Position numbers and translations under genes: made by a program. The notes beneath the pieces are model-generated. The model had not been told where the DNA came from, ran no database searches, and saw only the letters and a program-made list of their open reading frames with translations. DNA of 63,892 bases, counting the filler, from Basidioascus undulatus (taxonomy: Eukaryota): assembly GCA_000826855.1 (NCBI GenBank). It is 5 parts of 5 records of this genome, joined end to end, with 100 filler letters (N's around TTAATTAATTAA, not from the genome) between each part and the next. Parts side by side here need not be neighbours in the genome. Positions count along the whole stretch, not along the records: positions 1 to 13,333 come from JTLS01000822.1; positions 13,434 to 26,759 come from JTLS01000823.1; 3 more parts are not named here. The stretch is one strand, 5' to 3'. How positions within the stretch are numbered: position 1 is the first letter of the stretch; the number at the start of each line of letters is the position of its first letter. Of this stretch, positions 13,052 through 25,041 are shown piece by piece.

Positions 13052-13333
13052 TCCGCCCCGCTGTCCCCAACGTCCTCCACCCCCACCTATCCCGCCTCTT
13101 CCCTGCCTCCACGCGCCCTGCGTCTCGGGGCCAGCGCGCGCCCTCTTCGCAAGATCAGGCCCTCCGGGCCCTGCCACGGCGAGTTCATGCTCCGGAACGT
13201 GACGTTCGCGTACCCCTCGCGCCCGACCGTTCCCGCCCTGCGCGACGTCTCACTCTTCCTCCCCGCGGGGGAGACGACGTACATCGTCGGCGGTTCCGGC
13301 TCAGGCAAGTCGACGGTCGCGCAGCTCCTCCTG
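11582..13333 (+). CDS. ABCB (MDR) transporter, Ste6/Hst6-like pheromone exporter; truncated at contig end
   Basis: TMD1 followed by NVTFAYPSRP and Walker A ETTYIVGGSGSGKST; intron 12335-12411; alternative upstream ATG at 11508. Confidence 0.85.
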
Positions 13334-13433
13334 NNNNNNNNNNNNNNNNNNNNNNNNNNNNNNNNNNNNNNNNNNNNTTAATTAATTAANNNNNNNNNNN
13401 NNNNNNNNNNNNNNNNNNNNNNNNNNNNNNNNN
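13334..13433. other. Artificial contig linker
   Basis: 44 N + TTAATTAATTAA (stops in all six frames) + 44 N. Confidence 0.99.
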
Positions 13434-13872
13434 GGCGCGCCAAGATGCCGAGCGCGAGGAGCGCGCGCGGCTCGCGAAGCTTGAGCGCCGCAAGGGCGAA
13501 CGCGCACGGGAGGAGCGCGCGAAGCGCGTGGAGCGCTACTGGGCTGTGTGGGGCGCGTGGGCGGCCGCCTCGCCTGAGGAAATCGAGTGGGCGGACATAC
13601 CCTGGCCGAGTCATGCGCCGGAGGAGGAGGAGGGGCTGGGGGCGGAGAGGATTGGGGAGTTCCTTTTTGGGGAGGAGGTGGAGGAGGGGAAGGGAAAGGA
13701 GGAGAGGCGCAGGGTGTTGAGGGAGCAGGCGAGGGTGTGGCACCCTGATAAGTTTGAGGGGCGGTACTTGGCGCGCGTAAGGGGAGGAGAGAAGGAGAGG
13801 GAGAGGGTCAAGGAGGCTGTGGGGCGCGTGGCGCGCGGGCTGCTGGAGTTGATGAAGCGCGGCGGGGGGTGA
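13434..13872 (+). CDS. 3' fragment of an NFKBIL1-like protein (C-terminal J-like WHPDKF motif)
   Basis: IEWADIPWP...IGEFL...RRRVLREQARVWHPDKF...VARGLLEL*. Confidence 0.7.
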
Positions 13873-14388
13873 GGACGAGTATTCGCTGCGTGTTGGCGCG
13901 CTGATGGGCGCGGGAATAAGATGGCCGCTCTTTTAACATCGCCCATTGCTATCACCGCTCACCACTTACTCACCTTTGTCACTTGCTTCACACCAGCCTC
14001 GACCGAAATGGCTCACCTGTCCTCTCGCGCCGTTAGCAGACGGTGCTCAAGCTACTCTCGCGCAACAAGACAGCCTCGATCGAACCCCACATGCTCATTT
14101 TCTCGCTCTCCTCTCATAGCCTCACAGTATCCGCCACTACCCGAATCACTCTCGGTCGTCGTGCCGCTGCCTAAGCAAAACTCATTACTCCCCCCCACCG
14201 TCATCCTCACCCTCCCCACAGCATGTCTCGCATCTCCATATCCTTCCCCTTATCATCCTTCCCCTCATCCTCCGGGGCACCTCTCCCTTGATACGTCAGC
14301 GCGGTGCACGACTCGAACTGCTCGAAGATCGCGGAGGGGCAGGGTCTTCGGAGGTTAGGTTTAGCTGACAACTTCCTTGCGGAATGAA

Positions 14389-14949
14389 GGGCAAGCCGCC
14401 TACTCAATGTCGTGCGGTCCAATGTGCGTATTTGCCCGACAAAGCTTCCTGTCGGAAGCTATGATGGCTGATTTACATCGCCTTCTCAGTGGCTGGTTTT
14501 ATGTTAGCGACGTCCCTAGTAGCCGTGTCCGAGCGAAAACGCAGTCTTTCGCAGCATCGGTGGCTGCTATGGGCCTCGTCGTTTCCTCTGTGATCCCCTT
14601 CCTGCTTAACGAGGAGAATGCCAACTGGGGCGCAAGTGCGTTGCAAAATGAGGTTTGTGTCCGATCCCCCTATCTGATTCGTAAACCATTCACATTTCAG
14701 AGACTGGCTATCTTTTCGCTCCCCTCGGATTAGCCAGTTGGCTGGTGGCCATCTTCACGATACCCGAGATGAAGGGCGTACCTTTAAAGGTACGCAGTTA
14801 TCAGTACTTTTTCCTTTCAGCTGGCAATACTGACACTCAACCCGTGGGCAGAGCTGGACGAGCTGTTCGATCGCCGCATCGCGAAGCTCGAAGGGGAGGC
14901 CGCAGACTCGGTGGGCGAGAAGGAGAAGGAACACTCCGATGCTGTATGA
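14389..14949 (+). pseudogene. C-terminal fragment of a sugar porter (maltose-permease-like MFS)
   Basis: AAYSMSCGP/GWFYVSDVPSSRVRAKTQSFA...VIPFLLNEENANWG/TGYLFAPL...IPEMKG...ELDELFDRRI. Only about 500 bp separate it from the upstream gene, too little for the first ~9 TM helices. Confidence 0.6.
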
Positions 14950-15793
14950 TACTGGGACTTGAGATGAAACTCCTTTTTTGAAACAACTATAAGAGAATCT
15001 TTCTTTGGCGGTCTTTCGCAATGCAGAGCATCTGCGGGTGGTGGATCGGAGTCTGTGCTGGCTGCGATGTGCATGACTGCGTGTCGACCCACCCTCCTCT
15101 GGTCGACGCTTCCATTGATTCAATCTAGTCATTGAGTCTTATCGGTATTTCAGGTGTCCCGGGATTTGCGGTGATCAGAGCGAGCGCCGGTGGCTCTGTA
15201 GTCGGTAAGTTTGCGGTACAGCTCAGCTTTGGATTCCCTTCGAGCTTTGTATGCCAATCAATATTCCGTGAACTCCCCTTTACCTTAATAATCCGCAGAA
15301 AAATTCTTGCCTCGGAGCACGGCAGGAGCAGCGGGGACGAAAGTGGCGAGCTTTCGCAGCGACATTCGGGGCTGTCTCTTTCCTGAGCCTTACCTTTTCG
15401 TTGTCCCGTTGCCTTGACTCTTCTCGTGATTCATTCGAAAGCAGGGCGAAGCGTGGCATACAATTTCCTTTTGACTTCTTTACGCAATCAACCATGCCCG
15501 TAACTCTTGTGTCGTGTTGCCAGACCCGAACGGTTTCGAGGTCCGGCCCCCTTCGTCAGGAGCTGTGTTTGGAGACAGGGAGGGCACAGGTACGATCGGA
15601 ATGCTACAGGAACTGAGGCTTTCCGATTTCCGCTTGGAAATGAAGGGGCATCGCTTCCGTGTTACAGTCCGCGTACGTCGAGCGAGCCGAACCAGGCACG
15701 GCGCTGCCAAGGCACAGTCGACTCAGACTGCAATCGTCCTCAACGTGGCCTCAGTCCACGCAGCGTAGCCCCTATAAGGGAATGCCTTTCGTG

Positions 15794-15800
15794 TATATAA
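15794..15800 (+). promoter_or_regulatory. TATA box of the CPL1-like gene
   Basis: TATATAA about 90 nt upstream of ATG 15886. Confidence 0.5.
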
Positions 15801-15885
15801 GCCCTCCCGAGTTCCTCGTCTTTAATCATGCAATCACCCCTTCTATTCCCACCTCAAGGCCCGACAACCCGACCTCAGCCTCACG

Positions 15886-16875
15886 ATGCGCGTCTTCTCC
15901 CCCCTCGTCCTCAGCTCTCTGCTCGTCGCGTCGCCCTTCGCCCACACCGCCGCCTCCACCCTCGGGAAGCGGAGCTTCGAAGACACCTGCGCCAGCATTG
16001 AGCTCAATCTGGCCGCCAAGTTCAACCTCCCTTACATTCTCCCCAACGACGGAAAGCTTTCGATTTGCCTTTGCGTCGGAGGGTTGTCGGGTGCGTACGC
16101 TCCTGGGGTTTTCGGATTCTGGAGTTAGAAGAACTGACACTTGTAAAGTTACCGTTATTAAGACTTCGTCGATTCGAACATCATTACCAAAATCGTTGCT
16201 GCCTCCAAAGGCAAACAGGCTGTCGTCGACGCGTTCGCTTCAATTGTGGGTACCTTCCAAGCCCGCCGCCCTAGTTACACCGTGCTGACCCTTTTCTACC
16301 CGCTCCAATAAGATAATCTCCCGCCCCAGTCGAAAAAAGTGCTCCTACCCCGACGGCTCGTCCCCGATCTGCGGCACAGACTGCCAGTATAAATGCAGGG
16401 GCAACCGCCCCAAGTGCCCCGACGGCAGCTGTAAGTCTCCATGCCCGTCCGCCGTACCGCCGCCCTCCAAGCGCGACCAGACGCTTGTCATTGCCACCTG
16501 CCCGCACGGGCACGAGGTCTGTGGCGTCCTCGACGAGTGGTCGGTTCTTTCAGGCGCGGGTTGGGAGTGCGTCGACACGCGCAGCCACCTCGAGAGCTGT
16601 GAGTCGTCCTTAACTTCCTCCCTTCCCGCCACTCCTTCGATGCTGTCCTTCAAGCCTGTTCTGACACGGTTGTCCGTTGCCACTCAGGTGGTGGCTGCGT
16701 GACGCCCTTCGCTGGACAGCCCGCGGCCGGTGTCGACTGCACGGAGATCCGGGGCGTCACCGACGTGCGCTGCAACAGCGGCGAGTGTGTCGTCAAGCGA
16801 TGCAGGAAGGGCTGGATCGTCTCGGAGGATGGTTCGTCTTGCATGAAGCTTTCTAGGACGTTTGGGGCGGCCTGA
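15886..16875 (+). CDS. Secreted cysteine-rich CPL1/PriA-like protein
   Basis: Signal peptide plus KR; C-terminal CPHGHEVCGV...WECVDTRSHLESCGGC...GVDCTEIRGVTDVRCNSGECVVKRCRKGW, the hallmark CPL1-like domain of basidiomycetes. Confidence 0.85.
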
Positions 16876-17687
16876 GGAGGTCGATGCTGGTCGTGGTGTG
16901 GGAGATACCTGGGTTCAATGTAACAGGGGTTTCCATCGCCATTTTGGTTATTCGAGTTCATTCGTGTCGGGTCCTTCCTTCTATTAAACCTACAATCTGT
17001 CTACGTGAGCATTGCGATCTGGTCGCACGAGCGCTCTCACTGGCAGCATTTGCAACTTAGCGAGTGCCATGTTCACACTGAATAAGAATTTCCCTGAGAT
17101 TATAAGCAAGATGAAGAGGATGTTCGGCTCTGCTTGTTGCGAAGTTTTCTTATCACTTTGCAGTTTGCCGTGGACACCCGTGCTGTTCCCGCACCCATGC
17201 AGCCTAGTGTTATACCCGTTGGTGCAAGGCGAATACGGTGCGCTGCTCATCTATGTCCTTAGTACTACTTATGTTCTCCCACTATGTCGTTCTTGCGGCT
17301 CCAATGTGCAGCAATGCGAGCGAAAGGCCAGAGGGCGCTGGTTCGGAGAGACAACAAGGTTTGTCTGCCCCACCCGTTTCTTGATGACAGACTACGTTCT
17401 TCTCCCTAAGATGTCGAAGAACTGGTGTGGCCATACTAGTCGAACCAACCGTCCATCGCAAATTATTTATCATCAAGGCTCGGGAAATTTCCCCACAAGT
17501 GCTTCGACTTCCGACAGCTTTTCCATCCGTCCTTAGTAGAGCTTGAACAACAGCGTTCACTTGCTCTTACCCCGTTAACCCGAATGGCATGTTCGGCAAG
17601 AGACAGCAACTGCTTGAGAAGCAAACGGACCCCTGCCCTACAAGTGCACATCAAAGTATAGTATAACTCGAACGGATCACCATGATC

Positions 17688-17783
17688 GTCAACAAGAGCA
17701 ATGTTCCATTTCAGCAGCTTGCATCCCTGTTCTGTCAACAAGAGCAATGTTCCGTTTCAGCAGCTTGCATCCCTGTTCTGTCA
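17688..17783. repeat. Tandem duplication, 2 x 46 bp
   Basis: AACAAGAGCAATGTTCC(A/G)TTTCAGCAGCTTGCATCCCTGTTCTGTC twice, one mismatch. Confidence 0.9.
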
Positions 17784-18680
17784 CAATCGCGCCCTGTACT
17801 AACCCTCCGAACTGGTTCAAGAAAACAGTCGAGACCAACTTTAAGTTTCAACCAGGACCGTATCAAACAAGGACCGTATCTAAACAGTCACTGTCCTTGC
17901 ATGCGTTGAGATTCCCGCTTTAACAACAGAAGGCTGTGACTTCCTGTCGCCTCATGCCTTAAATTTCATTGCTCACAGCCTCTCTAAGCCCCAAGACTCC
18001 CCTGGTTTGTATCTGGGGTGCCAGTGCGGTCAGCGAATCTCATCGAAGTGCTGGCCCTTGGGTACCAATGCGGTTCGTTTTGTCAGATCAGTGAAGACCG
18101 CCTTACGTATTATCCCAAATTTTCATAATTGTGGATTAATAGAGATCAGTATTCGTACAGTTCAGTACCCCCTTCACTGTGCTGCCGTGCAAATGTGTGC
18201 AGCTGCAAGAATGCACCGAGAGAATTCCCGAAACCACTATTGCCAGTTCGCGTCGAATTTCTGCGCATTGGCGAAGCAATGAAACACATCTATTCGCAAT
18301 GATGGTGTGAGACCCTTCTTCTTAGAAGAGTGAGGGGACTATCGATCGGGATGGCGTAGAGGGACCTTTGCGTCAAGCACGGTTCCTTAAGACGTCAAAG
18401 AAAGTGTGCTCGGCCGTCCCCATCCCCGTTCTTATAGATAGATATACCTTACATGGAAATATAGGATAGCAGCGAGACGTAGATGGAAACTTTAGCGCAA
18501 GAGGTGTTCGGACGCCAAGAGTGAATCCTCGGTTTTTCATTTCCTGTGTCCATCTCTGACGACTCTGAGTGGGTATCTAACACAACGTGTCGCGTAGCAA
18601 CCTCAACAGTTTCCTATCGAACTGCTGTGCGCGACGATAGCCTGCAGCAGAAGCGCAAAACATCATGCACGCCCCGCGAA

Positions 18681-19740
18681 CTACCGACCCTGCCCCAGCG
18701 CCTCTTCCCGCTCCATCACGCCCTCGTTGAACTTGACGAGTATGGTTGTCCGCTGTGGGTATCCCGGCGCGGGGACTGAGTGCGCTGTGACTCTTGCGGG
18801 CTGGTTAACGATGAGTCGCGTGTCAGCCCCGGGTTTCGAGCTTCATAGCAGAGATGAAGGTAAAAGGGTATAGTGGGAGAAAAAGGAAAGACGTACAAAC
18901 CCCAATCCGTCTAGAACGGCTTCGACTATCCCCGCTGTGAAGGCTTCGCAGGAGAGGGAGGACAAGTCGGAGGGGATGGAGATGGAGCGGGTGAGAGGGG
19001 GCGTGTTGTCCGAGATCATATCTGTGCGTTCCATAGCCAGCGGTCGAGTCAGTCTCAAATTCAAGAGCACGCGATATCGAGCCCGGGAGGAAGAAGGGAC
19101 TAACATTCGTCTGCGGCCTCGCGACTCTTCTCTAGTGCGTCCGCGGGTTTGTTGAAGAGGGCTTTCCAGAGCTGAGGGAGCGGCACCGGTTCAGAAATAT
19201 TGCAAGGGAGTGGAAATGGGGACGAATGAACTCACAGTAGTGTGTATGAAGTGCAAGACGGGAAGGAGCCGGGTCTCCCGCTTTGGGGCTTTCGACATTC
19301 CCTCCGAGCGGAAGACCAACAACTCGAGGTACCTCGCCCCAACGCGATGTCCGAGGGTATTCAATCTGCTCGTACCGATATCCTCCTTTCATCAGTCATT
19401 CCACCTCTCACCTCTCATCGCGGTTCACGCACTTCCGCTCCAGCTCCGCGATCCCATCCACCCTCGCCTGGCTATACGCGACGATCTCCGCGTACAAGAA
19501 CGCCCAAGCGCCAAGGGCGACTTCCGCGCCCTTGAGGCGGTTGAGTGGGCGGTCGAGGTTGGTTGGGTAGCCGAGGGACGGCGCGCGCCGGAGGGGCACC
19601 GAGAGCTGAGAGAGCGTCGACGGGTGCCGCTCGCGGATTGAGGAGGGCGGGGAGGTCGGTGGCGGGGAGGCGATGCTCGACGGGCGGGAGGAACCGGTGC
19701 TCAGAAGGGAGGTGCGCGGGTGAGGGGCGGGATGTGCCAT
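18681..19740 (-). CDS. TRS31: TRAPP complex subunit 5
   Basis: LDRPLNRLKGAEVALGAWAFLYAEIVAYSQ...LERK/LNTLGHRVG...KRETRLL...LWKALFNKPADALEKS...SSLSCEAFTAGIVEAVLDGLGF/PARVTAHS...RTTILVKF. Confidence 0.95.
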
Positions 19741-21824
19741 GGCGTGAGGATTGCTATGAGGAGAGGGTGGGAGGAGGTCAAGACGCGAAGCGCGCGCGAT
19801 GTGATGGCCAGTGGATCCGCGGACCACGTCCGGTCATACGGGACAGCTCATGTCAGTGTCACTGTCAGTGGAAGCCTGCCCAAGAACGCACAAATTTCAC
19901 AAGAGCAGCACGCGAAAGTTCTTCTTTCTGGACTAATCTGGGCGGGCACTTCGCGACCCGGCGCATAATGGGCGGTCGTCTTCCGGCACGAAAAGTAATC
20001 ACGGGACCTTCGAAGCATAGCGAGGTGCAGTGTTCAGACTTCAGTCTGTGACAGAGAGGACCGCATTTCCTGGTGGGCATTATCAGGAAAGTGATAGTAA
20101 TAACGTTTCAATAAAGTCCGTGGGTCGGCCTTTTCCAGTTAGTATGCGTGTCTAGCCTGAGAAGATGTGGAGGACACTCGAATAGCTTCTTACTTTCCTG
20201 AGAAGTTCCAGAATCTTTCGAGAAACCCAGACACATGAAAGAGCTTGCTTGTGATCACACCAATGCATACGCTGGGGACAGTGGACGGTAAATGTACCAA
20301 GCGACCGCGTACACAGGTGTTGAATTTACGGTTCACGCTTGTTGCACTCCGTTCGCAGGAAGTGTTGCCAGCGAAAATCAATGCCAAAGAACGATATTCA
20401 TCCCGGAGAGATACCGAACGTTTGAATTGGTACACGAGTTACTCGAAGCGGTTCGAGGTCAACTGTTGCCGCCCTTGGTTCCAATCTGATTGATGCGACA
20501 TTTCAACAGCGTGTCGCAGGGACTCCCTGCGTGGAGCAACGCTGATGAGGGCTGATGAGAGGAGATGGGCAGCGTCACATCTCCAATGGTCCGACTTGGG
20601 TCGCCGCTGCCTCCCCTATAAATTTCTTCGAGGTGCTCAGGCTCTCTTTCCTCACCACTCCTTTCATCCGTTGTTCTTCCCTTATTATCGCAGACGGTGG
20701 GCCGGGATGGGGAAGTAGGGACAGCAGAGCGGTCTTCCGCTGGCGGGCGCGTTGCATACGGTGAGTCCACTTCTTTCCCCATTTCCGGGACCACCTACCC
20801 ATCGTTAGACTCCGGTGTATCTTATTATCGTTGCCATGATGGAAAACAAGATGACGAGGGTTGACGAGGGCGGTCTCCGAGGCCGCTCGACTCATGAAAC
20901 CAACGTTTTCTAGCTACCATTTTTTCCTGACGCTTCACGATGTCCTTTTCAAGTTTCGACCTCAATATGTGAACCTGAACTTACCATCTGGCGGTATCGG
21001 GGCTTTGCACAAGTTCATTTCGGCTTTGAAGGTAAGCTTTGTCTTGAGCTTTCGTGGGTAGGCAGGCGGTCGCGTGTAGACAGACGGGGGCATCGGTCAC
21101 AGACAACTCTGCGGTCGTATTCTGATTAACATTCTTAGCCTTCGAAGTTCTTTAAGGAGCCGCACCACTGTCTGTCAGGAACTCGACATAGCAATTAAGG
21201 TGGACAATGCGAAAAGATTGGAACTTCAGGATGCAACACAGTACCAATGCGTCACGGTCACTAAAGAGGAGTATTCAGCTTGGACCACTTTAAATCGGAT
21301 TGTCTAGTACTGTGATACTTGGGAGTCCGAGGTCCAAACAACCTGCGAGGTCTGCCGCTTTTCGTTCCGCATGGCAGTGCCGACCGCTCGTGATCCCCCC
21401 GTCCTGTCGCAGCTCAAGGCCGTACGTAAAGACCAGAACAACTATTTAATATCTTCTACCTCGGAATGAACAGTGTGCCGCAAACACGCCAGCCACGCGG
21501 GTGCCCTCAGCTCCATGGCCAGCCAAACACAGCGGATCATAATCCTCGCGTGCTCACCGGCTCGCCGGGTCCTCGCGCTATCTACGCACCGCCTACGTTC
21601 ATCTTCCCTCAATGAACGCCTCCGCTCGTAGACTAGCACTATGAGCACTCGGTGCCCCGCTGCTCAATCCGAGGGTCTGCCTGCATAAGAAGCCGAAGTG
21701 GCTGGCAATGGGTCGTCCAGAATTCCTCTCGCCTACGTCTTCGCTTGCACGCTTTCACTTCATCCAGCCAGCTACCCGCCACGCACTCTACGTGCTTATC
21801 TTCATCCCGCTTTTGTCAGAAACC

Positions 21825-24414
21825 ATGCGCCGTTCCTTTTTACCTGTTTTCTTATTAGCTGCACCACCGTTGCTACGCTCGAGATTTGGCGCCGAAGCCG
21901 TTCCTCTTGTGCGTATACATCCGCCGGCATATGGCATACGTAGATCATGTCCCAACCGTCCCACTCGCGCTGACCCCGTTGGTGAACAACAGAAGCGTGA
22001 CACGCCTCTAGAATGGCAGCCATGCGGTGATGGACGAGAATGCTCGTCCCTATCCGTCCCGCTCGATTACGCGGACCCCAGCGTCGGGGAAGCTGTCCTT
22101 TCTGTGGCTCGGCTGCCGGCAAGTAGCACGGAGGGGTCTAAGGGCATTTTGTTCTACAACCCAGGTATGGAAAGGTGTCCAAGGCAGGTTGTGGATTTAT
22201 GTACTGAAAGTCTGCGCAGGCGGCCCCGGCGATGGCGGCGTGCGGCACATTTTGGGCAGCACAGGCTCGAAACTGCAGGACCTGACCGGTGGGGTATACG
22301 ACATCGTCTCTTGGGAGTGAGTCAACTTCAACTTCCCTTTTCGATTTAAGAAGCACTGAAGATAAACATCCTGCAGTCCTCGAGGTGTAGGGAATAGCAC
22401 ACCCGCTATACAGTGCTTCGACAGCGTGGAGGAAAGAGACAGTGAGTCCGGGCCTCATTACCTCAGCCTGCACAAGCGCCTTACCCTCGGTTACCCTCAC
22501 AGCCTTCATGACTACCTCCATCGGGACCTCCGTAATTAACACCGGGTTCAACTTCGCCCCCTACTTCTGGCGAGATCCGCACGCGCTCGCCGAGTTCAAG
22601 GCGCTCGAGCAACCGCTGGACAGAGGGCTGGCTATGCTGGACGAACGGTGTCAGGCGAAGAGTGGGGACGCACTGAAATATATCGGTGGGTGGGTTTGGT
22701 TCTATAATTTGTTCTTGGACTGACATTGAGGACAGGCACGACGGCGACTGTGCGCGACTTGCTTTCCCTTGCTCGGGCCGTCGAGGGGAGCGACGAGCAT
22801 ATCCATTACTATGGCTAGTAAGTCCTCGAACTTTGCCCCATTGAAAACCCATAGGTAATAACCGCACGCTCTGCTCTGTCTGGCTAGCTCTTCGGGTGTG
22901 CTCGTATCCTCCCTGACAGTCGAACGGCGTATTCTGACAGTCGGACACAGAACCGTCATTGGACAATACCTGCTGGGGATGTTCCCGGAGAAGGTCTCTC
23001 GAATGGTTCTGGACGGAGTAAGTCCTCTTAAACGTCTGTTCGGGTACTTGATCACTAATCGAAACCGCGTTCACGTAGGTCGTCAAGGTAGAAACGTGGG
23101 CCGGTCCAGGCCACCTGCGTTGGCGTCGTGAGCATCACATCATATCTCTATGCAGTGGGTAAATAGCACTGAAATGTGTCTACAGCTGCCGTCCAGCAAA
23201 CCGACGCCCTTCTCCGCGCATTCACCGAGGTCCATCTCCTCTCTCCTCCGTCCCACTCTCTCCCCCCGCTCGCTAACTCCCACGTCCCCAAAGAGAAATG
23301 TGCCCAAGCCGGACCATCCCGCTGCCCCCTCTCCTCCACCGCCTCAGACATCCTCGCAGCGCACGACGATTTCCTCGCGCACGCGGCGGAGCAGGGTGTG
23401 GCTGGCCCGACCCGCAGCGCGGTATACGGCGCGCTGTATAGGCCTTTGAAGAGCTGGGCGGGGCTGGCGGAGAGGATCGCCAGGGGGACTTGGGAAAAGG
23501 ATGGAGGGGATGGGGATTGGGGGGAGGAGGAGAACCCGAGCCCGGCGGAAAGGGTGCGGCAGGAACTGCGTGAGTCGGTTCGAGGATGTGCGCGAGCTCG
23601 GGAGCTGAAGTGAGGAGCTGGTTTGCAGAGTTCGATTTCCAGGTTCGTTGGACTTCAGGCCGACTGGAACACCACGGAAGCTTGACTAAACGCTTGAACT
23701 TGTTTTTTAGGCTATCTCGTGCGGCGACGCAGCCGACCCCTCCGCAACCACCAAAGACGTTCTAGACGAGATCGTTTCCCTCTCCGTATCCACGAGCCCG
23801 CGCTTCGCCCAATCCTGGGACCCATCTTTCATGTGGTAATTCCTTCGCCTATTCTGGTCTCCCAAACTTCTACAAGCCGACTTACTCGACTTTACCGCAC
23901 GCAGTCACCGCTGGCAGTCCCGCGCAGTCGAACGCTTCACCGGACCGTGGACGACAACGAAGCCTGCTTTCCCAGTGATGCTCGTTTCCACTGAGGTACG
24001 CCATCCTCAACCTCCCGCCGCTGTTGCGAGACTAAAAAGTCTTGCGCAGCTCGATCCCGTCACGCCCCTCATCAACGCCGCGAACGTGCAGCAAGGTGCG
24101 CAGGGTCGCTCCTCCCACCTCTCCCACAAGCCACTGCTAATACTCCTTCTTGGAATCTCCCACTAGTCCTCGGCTACTCCGCCCGCCTCGTCGTCCAAGA
24201 AGGCTACGGACACGGGAGCAACGGCGGCGGGCCGAGCCGCTGCACTGCGAGCGCCATCCACAAGTATTTCGTGGATGGGAAGTTGCCGGAGGCGGGGCAG
24301 ACCTACTGCGAATTGGATGAACATGTGAGTCTGCTTTCCGGCCAACGAGCAGGCCGTATCTGAACGCCTGCTGACCGCTTTGGCGCGCAGGACTGGTTTC
24401 CTCCGCGGAAGTAA
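21825..24414 (+). CDS. Secreted alpha/beta hydrolase, TAP-like (tripeptidyl aminopeptidase family); possible frameshift at the nucleophile motif
   Basis: LEWQPCG...CSSLSVPLDY...LFYNPG/GPGDGG...YDIVSW/PRGVG...GTTATVRDL...YYGY-S-?-GTVIG...MFPEKVSRMVLDG...DPVTP...GYGHG; many introns. Confidence 0.8.
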
Positions 24415-25041
24415 GGAGATGGTCGAATTTGAATAATAATTGCAGTATATCCGAATTTACCTACTATAATCCACCGATCTGCTGGGTATCATGTCTGAGT
24501 GTTTGATAGGACGTTACTCTCGAGCTGCAAGGCCTCCCACACCGGTCGGTCGTCCACCGCAGCCTCTTCATAATTCAGAGCCCTTTGTCCGAATGAGCCA
24601 CTGGAAGTTTTCAAAACTAACCGGGTATGTGCCATGTGATGGACAACCAGCAGAAAGAGTGTTGGAAGTCTGTGACCGCATGAAGCAGTACGATGGATGG
24701 CCTGTTCAAGAGCAGTCTGTATGCAGGTGTGGCAAGTAAAAAGAAAGGCTCGAAGCTCCTCGATAAGTCTCTGGATGCCATTGTTTGGACATTGAAAAGG
24801 TCGAATCGGATCAGAAATGATCCAAGGAAGACGCAGCCTGCCCGTAGCCTGTACGGCTGAGTGCAGCGCTTTGACAAGTATTTCACCGCTTGGGTATTAC
24901 TGCGTACTTCTAAGTCCACAGTCAGTCTGCAAAAGCCAGCACTGTGATCAGCGCTTCAACGCCGACGACTGGTGCTGGGTGCCTTCAGCGCTGAAACGCA
25001 AACGCGTCCTCGGCGCGCCTTGACCTTCAACGCTCACCGCC

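Noticed and set aside
11582..13333. STE6-like gene as a sign of a mating-type locus
   Set aside because: No pheromone precursor, STE3 receptor or homeodomain gene was recognised on this contig.
16990..17250. SAPYSPCTNG resembling an integrase core motif
   Set aside because: Isolated motif with no DDE context or LTRs.
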